Source: Desulfobacterales bacterium
Lineage (GTDB): Bacteria; Desulfobacterota; Desulfobacteria; Desulfobacterales; UBA5852
Length of the DNA stretch: 64,000 nt
Direction: 5' to 3'
Assembly: GCA_963674755.2 (NCBI GenBank)
Contig: CAXXVS010000003.1
Coordinates: forward strand, 704,001 to 768,000
Below are positions 1-10,247 of this stretch, one piece after another. The notes under the pieces are model-generated. The model saw only the letters and a program-made list of their open reading frames with translations, made no database searches and was not told the origin of the DNA. The translations under genes and the position numbers were made by a program. The first letter of the stretch is position 1, and each line of letters opens with the position of its first letter.

Positions 1-1776
1 TTGATGAACAAAGGGCTGGCCCAGCAGGCCGACAATCGTGGGCACCAGATCCACCTGGGTTCCGACAACGGAGGTCCGGCTTCCGTAGGCTTCGCGGATT
101 CCCGGTCCGATCAGCAGCAGCGGCACATGGTACATCAGGATATCGATGCCGGCCAGCTGCTTTGGTACGCCGAAACCGTGGTCGCCGGTAATGGCAAAGA
201 GGGTGTCGCGGTAGTAGGGTGATTTTTTAGCCGCTTTGAAAAACCGGCCCAGCGCCCAGTCCGAATACTTCATGGCCGTGAGGTGTTCCGCCAATGGACC
301 GGTATCCGCCGGCAGGGGATCGAAGGGCAGGGGGGACGGCAGCACATAGGGCGTGTGGTTGGACAGGGTTTGCAGGACAGCGAAGAAAGGCTGGTTTTGG
401 GCGGCCTTGTCTAGCTCGGTCAGGGCCTTGTCGAACATGTCCTCGTCGGACACCCCCCAGGTGGGATTGACGACTTTGGGATTGCGGTAATCCTGCCGGC
501 CGACGAAGCGGGTCATGCCCTGGTTGCGGAAAAAACCCTCCTGATTGTCCCAGGCGAAATCCCCGTTATAGACGTACAGGTCGTTGAAGCCCCGTTCTTT
601 CAGCAGAACGGGCAGCCCGGAAAAGGCATTGCTCCCCTGGGGCTGCTGCATCAGGTATTCATGGCCGGGAAGGTTGGGGAAAGAGGCCAGCGAGGCAAAC
701 ATGCCCTGGTGGGTGTGGGTGCCGTTGGAAAAAAAGTGGTCGAATAAAAGCCCTTCCCGGGCCAGTTTGTCAAATTCCGGGGTAACGCCGTAATCCCGCT
801 GCAAGGCGCCCACGAATTCAGCCGAAAAGCTCTCCATGATGATCACGACCACATTCTTGATGCGGTTGGGGGCCAGCTTGGATACCGGGCGATGCTCGCG
901 CAGAACCGCATACCGGTCGGGATCGAGCAGCTTGTCGCGTCCGGTCACCAGCATGCCCCGCGTGACGGCGGTCGCTTCGTCACGGGGCAGGGCGCGCAGC
1001 CATTTCTCCCCTTTTTTTTGGCTTTCGACATCTTCCACGGCCTTGGCCAGCGTGAAGGTGCCGTTCAGGCTGAGGTGATTCGCGAAGGTGTTGGAACTGA
1101 AGTAGGCATCGCCCCATCGCAGGGGGGGGCCGGACCGCAGGGTTCCCCGGGCGCCGGTGACACCGAGCAGAACGACCAGGAGAAACGCCAGAATGTGAAC
1201 CGCGGGGCGATAGGCAGGCCGCAGCCGCTTACCGTAGGCGGGGACATGCTTGTTCACCAGCAGCAGGCCGCCCATGTACAAACTCCAGAGAAAAGCGCAC
1301 AGCAGGAGATAGCGGACCACCGGGAAACCGAACCACAACATTTGCAGAACGGTCTTTGGATCCTCTTTCAGGTACTGAAAAGCGATGCTGTTCAGCCGGG
1401 CATGAAATTCATGGTAAAAATCCAACTCGGCAATGCCGAGAAAAATGCAGACGGCGCCGCAGAACCCCAGCCAGTACAGGCAAGCCCTGCGCCATCCGGC
1501 GCTGACGGGAAAAAGGAGCATGAAGCCGAGGGGCAGCATGCAGTAGCAGACGATGATCAAATCGAAACGCAGGCCCACCCCAAAGGCCGTGACCAGGCTC
1601 GCGGTGGGAATGTCAGCGGTCAGATCGAAATTGCGATAAAGCAGCAGCGCCCTGAGCAGCGAAAAGGTGACCAGGAAAACCAACGCGCATCCGAGCAGAA
1701 ACAAGATCTGGGTGCGTACCTCTTGAAAGGGCGTTATCCCTTTTTGGGGGGTACGATTCTCTATTGATGGCATCAT
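1..1776 (-). CDS. LTA synthase family / sulfatase-like membrane protein (runs off window start)
   Basis: Not in ORF track because it leaves the window. Manual minus-strand translation from ATG 1776: MMPSIENRTPQ...TM helices...GVGLRFD, later KNVVVIIMESFSAEF and FFSNGTHTHQG in the same frame, typical of LtaS/MdoB-like phosphoglycerol transferases. Confidence 0.85.
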   Translation of the reverse strand, partial: MMPSIENRTPQKGITPFQEVRTQILFLLGCALVFLVTFSLLRALLLYRNFDLTADIPTASLVTAFGVGLRFDLIIVCYCMLPLGFMLLFPVSAGWRRACLYWLGFCGAVCIFLGIAELDFYHEFHARLNSIAFQYLKEDPKTVLQMLWFGFPVVRYLLLCAFLWSLYMGGLLLVNKHVPAYGKRLRPAYRPAVHILAFLLVVLLGVTGARGTLRSGPPLRWGDAYFSSNTFANHLSLNGTFTLAKAVEDVESQKKGEKWLRALPRDEATAVTRGMLVTGRDKLLDPDRYAVLREHRPVSKLAPNRIKNVVVIIMESFSAEFVGALQRDYGVTPEFDKLAREGLLFDHFFSNGTHTHQGMFASLASFPNLPGHEYLMQQPQGSNAFSGLPVLLKERGFNDLYVYNGDFAWDNQEGFFRNQGMTRFVGRQDYRNPKVVNPTWGVSDEDMFDKALTELDKAAQNQPFFAVLQTLSNHTPYVLPSPLPFDPLPADTGPLAEHLTAMKYSDWALGRFFKAAKKSPYYRDTLFAITGDHGFGVPKQLAGIDILMYHVPLLLIGPGIREAYGSRTSVVGTQVDLVPTIVGLLGQPFVHQ

Positions 1777-2004
1777 GCAACCACTTCTAATTAGGATTAA
1801 CGATAACAAAGGGATTATGACGCGATATCCACAAAAGGTTTACTTATATTGTATGGATAATGATGACAACATGATCTGCAGATTATCTTTTGGCAATATA
1901 CCCGGCATGGCCCGGCTATGAAAATGGAAAGGGGGAGGCTTTTTCCGATCGTGACCGAGCAGGAACCGGTTGACCGCCGGCCGGCCGGCAGGCATGATGG
2001 GCGT

Positions 2005-2688
2005 ATGCTGTCCACCCCATTTGACGACGATGCCTGCCGCGATGGCCTTCGGGAACGGATTACCGCCAACCTGCGCCGTTTCACGGTGTGCGCCAAGAAC
2101 GGCCCTGCGAAACGGCGGGCGGCCGTGGCCGTCACGGTGGTGGAGGCGGGCCACGGGGCGGAGGTCGACGGCCTGCCCCGTCATCCGCAGTGGGATACCC
2201 GCGCCGCGGTCGTCCTGACCCGCCGGGCCGCCGGCCTGCGCCATCATGCCGGCCAGTGGGCCTTTCCCGGCGGACGCACGGAGGATGGGGAGCGACCGGA
2301 AGAGGCAGCATTGCGGGAACTTGCCGAGGAGGTGGGGCTGCAATTGACCTCCGACCGGATCATGGGCCACCTGGATGATTTCACCACCCGCTCCGGTTTC
2401 ACCATTACGCCGGTGGTGGTCTGGGGCGGCCCCGTACGCCGGCTGACGCCCAACCCCGGGGAAGTGGCCTCGGTGCATCGCATTCCTGTCCAGGAATTGA
2501 TGCGGCCGGATGCGCCCATCCTCGAGTCCATTCCCGCCAGCCGGCACCCCGTGCTCCTCATGCCGGTAGGACGCAGCTGGATTGCCGCCCCCACGGCCGC
2601 CATCCTTTACCAGTTCCGTGAAGTTGCGATCCGGGGCCGCGCCACCCGCGTGGCCCACTACGAACAGCCCTACTTTGCCTGGCGATAA
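2005..2688 (+). CDS. Nudix hydrolase, CoA pyrophosphatase-like
   Basis: LTRR..LRHHAGQWAFPGG followed by Nudix box GGRTEDGERPEEAALRELAEEVG; ATG 2005 chosen over 1918. Confidence 0.85.
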   Translation: MLSTPFDDDACRDGLRERITANLRRFTVCAKNGPAKRRAAVAVTVVEAGHGAEVDGLPRHPQWDTRAAVVLTRRAAGLRHHAGQWAFPGGRTEDGERPEEAALRELAEEVGLQLTSDRIMGHLDDFTTRSGFTITPVVVWGGPVRRLTPNPGEVASVHRIPVQELMRPDAPILESIPASRHPVLLMPVGRSWIAAPTAAILYQFREVAIRGRATRVAHYEQPYFAWR

Positions 2689-2739
2689 ACGCCGCGGCGT
2701 CGTTTCCCAAAACCCTTTCACAAGGGACGACGGTTGGCC

Positions 2740-4200
2740 ATGGGTGACCAGATTACGATTTCCCTCTGGCTATTTCTCCTCCTGCTAGTGGTGGCCTTAA
2801 TCGCCGTTCTCGATCGGGTGTTGATTCCCAGCACGCGGTGGTTCCTGCGCCGGCGGATCAACCGCGTGATCGATGAAATCGGAACCCGCCTGGACATCGA
2901 GATCCGTCCCTTTCAGCTCACCAAGCGCCAGGTGCTCATCGACCGGCTGGCGTTCGATCCCCTGGTTATCGAGGCCGTCCAGGAGTATGCCCAGGCCAGC
3001 GACATGCCCCTTGAAGTCGTACAGAAAAAGGTCATTGGCTATGCTAAGGAAATCGTGCCCTCCTTCAACGCCTATCTGTATTTCCGCATTGGCTACTGGG
3101 TGGCCAAAAAAATCGCGCGGCTGCTTTACCGGGTGCGTGTGGGCGTGATCGAAAACGAGGCTTACCGCACCGTCGATCCCGACTCAACCGTCGTTTTCGT
3201 CATGAATCACCGCTCCAACATGGATTATATCCTGGTTGCCTTTCTGGCCGCCGAGCGCACCACACTGTCCTATGCGGTGGGGGAGTGGGCCAAGATTTGG
3301 CCCCTGCATATGCTCATCCGGGCTATGGGGGCTTTTTTTGTCCGTCGCAGGTCGGGCAATCCCCTCTACCGGCGGGTGTTGGAGCGCTACATCCACATGG
3401 CCACCCGCGAGGGGGTCTGCCAGGCCGTCTTCCTGGAAGGCGGCCTCAGCCGTGACGGACGTCTGCGTGAGCCCAGGCTGGGACTGGTGGACTACATGCT
3501 CCGGGGGTACGATCCGGGCCGGGACCGGGACATCGTTTTCATCCCGGTGGGCATCAACTACGACCGCACCCTGGAGGACCGCAGCCTGTTGCGGGCCCTG
3601 GACCCGGAGATCCCAAAACGCAGCGGATGGTTCGTGATACGGACCACGGTTCGGTTCATCACCCGCAGCCTGGTCCTGATGGTCTTGAGCCGCTGGCGGC
3701 GTTACGGCTACGCCTGCGTCAACTTCGGCACCCCCCTGTCGGTGCGGACCTACTGCCGGGAACAGAACCTGCAATTCAACACCTTGCCGCGATCCGAACG
3801 TTTCCACCAGGTTGAGCGGTTTTGCCGGCGCATCATGCGGGCGATCGCGGATGAAGTTCCGGTGCTGCCGGTCTCCTTGGTCGCCAACGTTTTTCTGGAT
3901 GCTCGTGGGGAGGGTATGGACATCCTGGAGATCGAGCGGCGTATCAACCGGATGCACAGCGCCCTCGCCAGGCGGGGGGCGCCGGTTTTCGAGGTGCTCC
4001 GGAGCACCCGGGCCCGGGTGATTTCCGAAGCGCTCCGCATGCTGTTGCTGCGGCGTCTCGTGACGGAGGATCATGGCGTGTTCCGGGCCGTGCCTGAAGA
4101 AAGGGCGGTTATTGCCTACTATGCCAACGCCATTGCCCACTGGTGGGATGCACCTGCTGCGGCAGAGGCCTCCAAGGAATCGAGGAAACCAGCACCATGA
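2740..4200 (+). CDS. glycerol-3-phosphate/lysophospholipid acyltransferase (PlsB/PlsC superfamily)
   Basis: NHRSNMDY (HX4D), GAFFVRR, FLEGGLSRDG and IPVGINYD blocks; N-terminal TM helix. Confidence 0.85.
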   Translation: MGDQITISLWLFLLLLVVALIAVLDRVLIPSTRWFLRRRINRVIDEIGTRLDIEIRPFQLTKRQVLIDRLAFDPLVIEAVQEYAQASDMPLEVVQKKVIGYAKEIVPSFNAYLYFRIGYWVAKKIARLLYRVRVGVIENEAYRTVDPDSTVVFVMNHRSNMDYILVAFLAAERTTLSYAVGEWAKIWPLHMLIRAMGAFFVRRRSGNPLYRRVLERYIHMATREGVCQAVFLEGGLSRDGRLREPRLGLVDYMLRGYDPGRDRDIVFIPVGINYDRTLEDRSLLRALDPEIPKRSGWFVIRTTVRFITRSLVLMVLSRWRRYGYACVNFGTPLSVRTYCREQNLQFNTLPRSERFHQVERFCRRIMRAIADEVPVLPVSLVANVFLDARGEGMDILEIERRINRMHSALARRGAPVFEVLRSTRARVISEALRMLLLRRLVTEDHGVFRAVPEERAVIAYYANAIAHWWDAPAAAEASKESRKPAP

Positions 4201-4700
4201 CAGAATTGACGATCGTCAACGGGTATCGCCCGGGGGCCATCGGCCGGGTGGCCCAGCTGCACGGCGAATACTACCACCGCCAGTGGGGATTCGGCCTGTT
4301 TTTCGAAGCCAAGGTGGCCACCGAATTGGCAGCTTTTTTAAGCCGCTGCGACGAAACCCGGGACGGCTTCTGGACGGCGGAGGCCAATGGACGGGTGGAA
4401 GGCGCCATCGTCATCGACGGCCAGGACGCGTCCGGGGCCGGGGCGCACCTGCGGTGGTTCATCGTGTCCGACGTCTTGCGGGGCCGGGGGGCGGGCCATC
4501 GTCTCCTGGAAACAGCCATGGATTTCTGCCGCCGGAAGGGGTATTCTAAAGTGTATCTGTGGACTTTTGAAGGCCTGACGGCGGCGCGCCATCTCTACCA
4601 CAAATATGGGTTTGCCCTGGCAGAGCAGCGCCGGGGCGCCCAATGGGGTGTTACGGTCCATGAGCAGCGGTTTGTCTGGTCCGGCACGCCCGAGCACTGA
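4197..4700 (+). CDS. GNAT family N-acetyltransferase
   Basis: LRWFIV..LRGRGAGHRL acetyl-CoA motif, VYLWTFEGLTAARHLYHKYGF; ATGA overlap with upstream stop. Confidence 0.85.
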   Translation: MTELTIVNGYRPGAIGRVAQLHGEYYHRQWGFGLFFEAKVATELAAFLSRCDETRDGFWTAEANGRVEGAIVIDGQDASGAGAHLRWFIVSDVLRGRGAGHRLLETAMDFCRRKGYSKVYLWTFEGLTAARHLYHKYGFALAEQRRGAQWGVTVHEQRFVWSGTPEH

Positions 4701-4741
4701 TGCGGCGGGGCGCGGCCGACACCAAAGAGGAAGGATCACCA

Positions 4742-5182
4742 ATGAAATTGCGGGCGTGCGGGTCGCTGCTGACCTTGCTGCTGCTCCTGTCGGGATGCGG
4801 ATTCAGCGACAGCCGGGAAGCGGCCGCCGAAGTGATGGAACAGTATTTTACGGCCATCAAGGGGCAGGATTATGCTGCCGCCATGGTTTTTTATGCGGAC
4901 GGCTTTTTCGCGGACGCCTCCCGGCAGGAATGGGAGGCCCAGCTGCGGCACTACAACCGCCGGCTCGGCGACCTTGAATCCTATGAGGCGGTCAGTTGGA
5001 ATGTCCAGAAACATGCGGGATCCAACGCGGGCACTTTCGTGCGGGTCATTTACAAGACCAGCTACTCCCGCCATCCGGCGGTGGAGCAGTTTATTCTGAA
5101 GAAGACGCAGGACGCGTACCGGATCGTTGCCCACCGGATTCAAGCCGAAGCGATGCCGCAAGGGGAGACCCAATTCATCTAG
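4742..5182 (+). CDS. lipoprotein, probable NTF2-like fold
   Basis: Signal with lipobox LLSGC; RBS GAGGAAGG upstream. Confidence 0.7.
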   Translation: MKLRACGSLLTLLLLLSGCGFSDSREAAAEVMEQYFTAIKGQDYAAAMVFYADGFFADASRQEWEAQLRHYNRRLGDLESYEAVSWNVQKHAGSNAGTFVRVIYKTSYSRHPAVEQFILKKTQDAYRIVAHRIQAEAMPQGETQFI

Positions 5183-5378
5183 TGTCCCTCCAGAGACGGC
5201 ATCTTTCGATCCCGGCCGGCGTTCTCGCCTCCTGTCGGTCCTCGGCGTAGCCGGGCTACGCCTGTGGGCGCCAGTCGGCTGCGGTTTGTCGAACACCGAT
5301 GTGTTCAGCGACCAGATGTGAAATCCCGCGCTGTGCGGCGGGAGCCGGAACCAAAATCTACCATCGCTGGAGGGGCAC
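5182..5378 (+). repeat. 197-bp MITE/REP-like element, family A, copy 1
   Basis: Imperfect terminal inverted repeats gtgtccctccagagacgg / ccatcgctggaggggcac; internal cgtagccgggctacg hairpin; homologous to 14314-14510 and 46249-46445 in reverse orientation. Confidence 0.85.
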
Positions 5379-5446
5379 TGTTTACGCATGCGTAAAAGGG
5401 CGCGCATATCGGTACGCAGTTACAGCAAGCCCAGGGAGCGGATGGC

Positions 5447-5734
5447 ATGACGACCATGGACTGGACGGCCATCATTGTGATGGGCGCCGCGGCGGTGGTG
5501 ACGGCGATTTCCTTTGCCCTGATCGCCAACACGCTTTTCGAACACGGCCTGGCCGACCGCAACCACCCTCCCGCAAACATCCTTACCCTTTACAAGCGAT
5601 ACCGGCACCACATGCGGTCCACGACGGGAGACGCGCCTATCTTTTTGTGGATCCACATGGCGGCGGCCGGCAGTTTCATCGGGGCGGGTGTGGTCTATAT
5701 GCGGGTGCGTTTGGTCTTCAATTGGACGTTTTAA
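5447..5734 (+). CDS. small hypothetical membrane protein (2 TM)
   Basis: Two hydrophobic segments; GGAG upstream; collinear with neighbours. Confidence 0.6.
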   Translation: MTTMDWTAIIVMGAAAVVTAISFALIANTLFEHGLADRNHPPANILTLYKRYRHHMRSTTGDAPIFLWIHMAAAGSFIGAGVVYMRVRLVFNWTF

Positions 5735-5777
5735 GGTGCGGGTCGGCGCTCCGGACAACCACCAAAAGGATAACATC

Positions 5778-6845
5778 ATGAAGCGGGTACTGATCGAACC
5801 AGCCGACTACGGGAGCGTGGGCCAGGTCGTGGACCGGGTCTTCGACTGCTTTCCCCTGCCAATAACGGGCAAGAAAGTGCTCATCAAACCCAATGTGCTG
5901 CGGGCCTCCGAAGCCCGCGAGGGAATCGTCACCCACCCGGCCGTTCTGGAAGCTGTCGTGCGAAAAGTGCAGTGCATGGATCCGGCCGAGATCGTCGTGG
6001 GGGACAATCCGGGCCTTTTCAGCTACGGCGACAATGAAGCGAGCTTCCGCAAGACGGGGCTGATGGCGGCGGCCCTGGGCTGTTACCGCAATATCGGCAA
6101 CGAAGGCGTCACGGTGGATTTCAACCCGGACTTCATGCCCCGTGTCAGCGTGTCCCGGGCGGTACTGGAAGCCGATGTCGTCATCAGCCTGCCCAAATTC
6201 AAGACCCACGGCCTGACGGTGCTGACCGGCGGGATCAAGAACAGCTACGGCATTCTGCCGGGCGCCCAAAAAGCCATGCTGCACCGGATCGCCGGGAGTC
6301 CGGAGCGGTTTCACGAGCTGGTGGTGGAGGTGTTCAAGCTGCGCGTCCCGGACCTTTTCATCCTGGACGCCGTGGTCGGCATGGAAGGCAACGGGCCTGC
6401 TTCCCCGGAGTTGCGGGACATCGGCCTGATCCTGGCGGCCGACAACGCCGTGGCCCTGGATGCGGTCATGGCGGTCATGATGGGAGTGGCGCCGGAACGG
6501 CTGGGGTTTTTACGCAAGGCCCGAGCGGATGGGCTCGGTGACTACGACCTGGCGACAATCGACATTATCGGCGCGCTGGAGCCGCTGCCGGACTTCAAAT
6601 TGCCTCCCCTGAGCGGATCCGCCATCCAGGACAACGCCGCCGCCCAAGGTTTCATCGCCGAGCGGACCCGGCTGCGGCCCAAGGCCGACCCGGCACTGTG
6701 CACGGGTTGCGGCACCTGCGTCGACCAATGCCCGGTCGGGGCCCTTTCCATGCCGGAGGACCTGCCCGTGGTGGATGCCGATACCTGCATCACCTGTTTC
6801 TGCTGCCAGGAAGTCTGCCCGGAGAAGGCCATCGCCCTGGCGTGA
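5778..6845 (+). CDS. DUF362 domain protein with C-terminal 2[4Fe-4S] ferredoxin
   Basis: KKVLIKPN, THP, ISLPKFKTH, GGIKNSYG, GMEGNGP; CTGCGTCVDQCP and CITCFCCQEVCP. Confidence 0.9.
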   Translation: MKRVLIEPADYGSVGQVVDRVFDCFPLPITGKKVLIKPNVLRASEAREGIVTHPAVLEAVVRKVQCMDPAEIVVGDNPGLFSYGDNEASFRKTGLMAAALGCYRNIGNEGVTVDFNPDFMPRVSVSRAVLEADVVISLPKFKTHGLTVLTGGIKNSYGILPGAQKAMLHRIAGSPERFHELVVEVFKLRVPDLFILDAVVGMEGNGPASPELRDIGLILAADNAVALDAVMAVMMGVAPERLGFLRKARADGLGDYDLATIDIIGALEPLPDFKLPPLSGSAIQDNAAAQGFIAERTRLRPKADPALCTGCGTCVDQCPVGALSMPEDLPVVDADTCITCFCCQEVCPEKAIALA

Positions 6846-7022
6846 GGGGTCTGAAGGATTTCGGGGCCATAAAGCACAAAGAATTCAATGGGTTAATGGG
6901 GTCATAGGTCTATGGAAAAAAACCGCTTAAATCCTGTCCAGATAAGTCATGCTGCCAGAGGCGTTGTCAAAACGGCATTCCGTATTAGGCTAGGATAAAA
7001 CGTTTACGAAAGGAAAGCCGCT

Positions 7023-7355
7023 ATGTCCGACACTTCATCCACGGCCAAAGGGGTGCCGTTTGATGCCGCCCGCCACGTGGCCTATATCGAGGGCGCGGTG
7101 GTCAGCAAGACCCTCATCAAGAAAGAGACCGGCAACGTTACCCTGTTCGCTTTCGAGGCGGGGCAGGGCTTGAGCGAACACACGGCGCCCTTCGACGCCC
7201 TGGTCCACATCCTGGACGGCGAAGCCCGGATTACCATCGGCGGGGAGGCCCAGACGGTGACCGCCGGCCAGATGATCATCATGCCGGCGGACGTGCCTCA
7301 CGCGCTGCAGGCGGAGAAGGCGTTCAAAATGCTGCTCGTCATGATCCGTGGCTGA
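7023..7355 (+). CDS. cupin domain protein
   Basis: GQGLSEHTAPFDA...GEA...IIMPADVPHAL cupin motifs. Confidence 0.9.
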   Translation: MSDTSSTAKGVPFDAARHVAYIEGAVVSKTLIKKETGNVTLFAFEAGQGLSEHTAPFDALVHILDGEARITIGGEAQTVTAGQMIIMPADVPHALQAEKAFKMLLVMIRG

Positions 7356-8192
7356 CGGAGGCGTAAAATGCCCGATCTCCGCGTTACGCGCCTCCCTCGT
7401 CACTGCGGCGTACCGGTGTACGCCTCGCTCCTCCGGAGGCGCAAGCCTTGATCTCGACCATTTTACGCCTCCGTCCGAGGTGATTGGCCTAGATTGGGAT
7501 TAGGGGGCACATCGGGTTCGGCGGCGGCGGCGTACGGGCGTACGCCTCACCGCAAACCTTCGTGCGGCCTTGGTCAGGTCCAAAAATCCTCATTTCTGAA
7601 TCGGATACATACGGTGCCTAAGTGGAGGGATGGAAAGGAAAGCATATCGGGGGCGTAAAATGCCCGATCTCCGCGTTACGCGCCTCCCTCGTCACTGCGG
7701 CGTACCGGTGTACGCCTCGCTCCTCCGGAGGCGCAAGCCTTGATCTCGACCATTTTACGCCTCCGTCCGAGGTGATTGGCCTAGATTGGGATTAGGGGGC
7801 ACATCGGGTTCGGCGGCGGCGGCGTACGGGCGTACGCCTCACCGCAAACCTTCGTGCGGCCTTGGTCAGGTCCAAAAATCCTCATTTCTGAATCGGATAC
7901 ATACGGTGCCTAAGTGGAGGGATGGAAAGGAAAGCATATCGGGGGCGTAAAATGCCCGATCTCCGCGTTACGCGCCTCCCTCGTCACTGCGGCGTACCGG
8001 TGTACGCCTCGCTCCTCCGGAGGCGCAAGCCTTGATCTCGACCATTTTACGCCTCCGTCCGAGGTGATTGGCCTAGATTGGGATTAGGGGGCACATTGGG
8101 TTCGGCGGCGGCGGCGTACGGGCGTACGCCTCACCGCAAACCTTCGTGCGGCCTTGGTCAGGTCCAAAAATCCTCATTTCTGAATCGGATAC
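7354..8192 (+). repeat. tandem array of a 292-bp composite REP/MITE-like unit (about 2.9 copies)
   Basis: gcgtaaaatgcccgatc recurs at 7361, 7653 and 7945; units near-identical; first unit holds a 122-bp element with a perfect 17-bp IR gacggaggcgtaaaatg/cattttacgcctccgtc (7354-7475). Confidence 0.95.
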
Positions 8193-8359
8193 CGAAGGTG
8201 CCATACATTGCTCATCCGCCCGGGGGTGATTCCCGATCGATGATGATCAGGGGGATACCGTGGGGCGGTTCATCGGCTAGGCCAGCGGCAGGGCCTTGAC
8301 GCGCGGTCCCACAAACATACTAACCGGTCGTCCAAAGAACAACAGGGAGGGTTACCTTT

Positions 8360-8848
8360 ATGAAATGGCATTGCGGCCACTATCTGGCCATCAGCGCATC
8401 CTTGTTTTTGATCTGCTGCGCCGGCGGGTCCCGTTCCGAGGCCCAGCCCTCCGCTGTCCTGGATTCGGCCGGGCGGCTCCCGCCCTGCCCGTCCTCCCCC
8501 AATTGCGTTTCCACCCTGGCCCAAGATCCGGAGCATCAGATGGCGCCCCTGCCCTACCGGATCGATCGGGCAACATCGCGTCATCTGATCATGTCCATCG
8601 TCGGCGCCATGCCGCGAACCACCCTGGTGGTCGATGAGGACCACTACCTGCACTACGAGTTTCGTTCCCGGGTGTTCGGGTTCGTGGACGATGTGGCATT
8701 TGTGTTCGACGATGAAGCGGCGCTCATTCAGTTTCGTTCGGCCTCGCGCACCGGCTATTCGGATTTCGGGGTCAACCGCAGCCGCATGACCGCCATCAGC
8801 GAGGCTTATCAAAGTGCACCCCTCGCTTCAGCGGGCAACCCTTCCTGA
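8360..8848 (+). CDS. DUF1499 domain protein
   Basis: CPSSPNCVST, FGFVDDV and RSASRTGYSDFGVNRSR signature motifs. Confidence 0.85.
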   Translation: MKWHCGHYLAISASLFLICCAGGSRSEAQPSAVLDSAGRLPPCPSSPNCVSTLAQDPEHQMAPLPYRIDRATSRHLIMSIVGAMPRTTLVVDEDHYLHYEFRSRVFGFVDDVAFVFDDEAALIQFRSASRTGYSDFGVNRSRMTAISEAYQSAPLASAGNPS

Positions 8849-8866
8849 AAAAGGGAAGCGGCGGCG

Positions 8867-9055
8867 ATGACCTATAATTTCGATCCCGAGCGGTGGTACG
8901 CCAACGAACAGGACGCCCTGGAACGGGCCCTTCGCGCGGGCCGGCTGGACCGGTCCGCCTACGAAGCGGCCTTGGACCGGCTTCAGCAGCGAGTCGATGA
9001 TCTCTGGGACCGGCTGGACGGCAGCTATCGGCTGCCCGGCGGCGGGAACGATTAG
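8867..9055 (+). CDS. small hypothetical protein
   Basis: 62-aa helical ORF with purine-rich RBS, fitted between collinear genes. Confidence 0.55.
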   Translation: MTYNFDPERWYANEQDALERALRAGRLDRSAYEAALDRLQQRVDDLWDRLDGSYRLPGGGND

Positions 9056-9071
9056 CAGGGGGGCGCACGCC

Positions 9072-9761
9072 GTGACGAGAAAGAGGGGCGATTATCTTCC
9101 CCGAATCATAATGGGGCTAATGGCGGCGGTCGTATGTCTCGCGGGCCGTCAGGCGACGTGCGAGGATTTCAGCAGCCGCCTGGCCCGGGCCGCCCTCGAA
9201 CGCATCCGGCATCGGGTGGTGTACGACGGGTCCTACTATCGGATCGCCTATCCCGGCGGCGACGTGCCAGCCCATGTGGGGGTCTGCACCGACGTTGTGA
9301 TCCGCAGCTACCGCGCCCTGGGCGTCGACCTCCAGCAGGCGGTGCACGAAGACATGGTCCGGCATTTTGCCGCCTATCCTTCCCGGCGCATTTGGGGTCT
9401 TAGTCGCCCGGATTCCAACATCGACCATCGGCGGGTACCCAACCTGCAGGTATTCTTGGCCCGCAAGGGAACCGTGCTGCCCGTGGCAACCCGTCCGGAC
9501 GCCTACCAGGCCGGCGATCTGGTGACCTGGATGCTGCCGGGCGGCTTGCCCCATATCGGGATCGTGGCCGATCGTCGCACCGCCGACGGCGTGCGGCCCC
9601 TGATCGTCCACAATATCGGTGCCGGTCCCCGGCTGGAGGATATGCTCTTCCGCTACCCCATTACAGGCCATTACCGCTACCAGCCGGATGATCCTGCCCT
9701 GCCGGCGGCCTCCGTCCCCTTACGAACGATACCCGCAGCCCCCATGGGAGATCCATCATGA
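9072..9761 (+). CDS. DUF1287 (YijF-like) protein
   Basis: YDGSYYRIAYPGGDVP..GVCTDVVIRSYR, DSNIDHRRVPNL, PHIGIV, HNIGAG; start codon uncertain (GTG 9072 or ATG 9111). Confidence 0.85.
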   Translation: MTRKRGDYLPRIIMGLMAAVVCLAGRQATCEDFSSRLARAALERIRHRVVYDGSYYRIAYPGGDVPAHVGVCTDVVIRSYRALGVDLQQAVHEDMVRHFAAYPSRRIWGLSRPDSNIDHRRVPNLQVFLARKGTVLPVATRPDAYQAGDLVTWMLPGGLPHIGIVADRRTADGVRPLIVHNIGAGPRLEDMLFRYPITGHYRYQPDDPALPAASVPLRTIPAAPMGDPS

Positions 9762-10144
9762 GCGAAGCCCTATTCTGGCTTTACCTGACCAATGCCGTGC
9801 TGCTCATCGATCACGAGATCGATTCGGCCTACTGGCAGGAGTGGAACCTCTTTCATCTGCCGGGCGGCATTGCAGGCTTCCTTCTGCTGCATTTGCCGCT
9901 GCTGCTGGTCATCCTGTACGGTCTGGCGGCCGTCGCCCGGCAGCAGCCTTCGGCCGCCTGGTTTTCACTCCTCTTGAGCGCCGGCGGCGTGTTTGCCTTC
10001 GCCATCCATACCTATTTTCTCAAAAAGGGCCGGCAAGAATTCAACCAGCCGGTATCCAAGTTCATTCTATGGTCAACGCTGCTGGTTTCGCTCTGCCAGA
10101 TGGCACTGACTGTTCTTTATCTATCCCGCGGGGCGGCGGCGTGA
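9758..10144 (+). CDS. membrane protein, DUF6713-like
   Basis: Four hydrophobic helices; HEIDSAYWQEWNLF motif; ATGA overlap with upstream stop. Confidence 0.65.
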   Translation: MSEALFWLYLTNAVLLIDHEIDSAYWQEWNLFHLPGGIAGFLLLHLPLLLVILYGLAAVARQQPSAAWFSLLLSAGGVFAFAIHTYFLKKGRQEFNQPVSKFILWSTLLVSLCQMALTVLYLSRGAAA

Positions 10145-10247
10145 CGCCCCATCCAGCAGTGCGAATTCTCCAGAGACAGCGTGTTTTGGATGCGGACCGG
10201 CCGGCGTTTGCGCATCGTGCGCCTGTGGGGGATTGAGAGAGGGGTCC

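Noticed and set aside
892..1767. 291-aa plus-strand ORF
   Set aside because: Shadow of the minus-strand LTA-synthase-family gene.
7354..8192. CRISPR array
   Set aside because: Units are 292 bp and identical throughout; no unique spacers and no cas genes.
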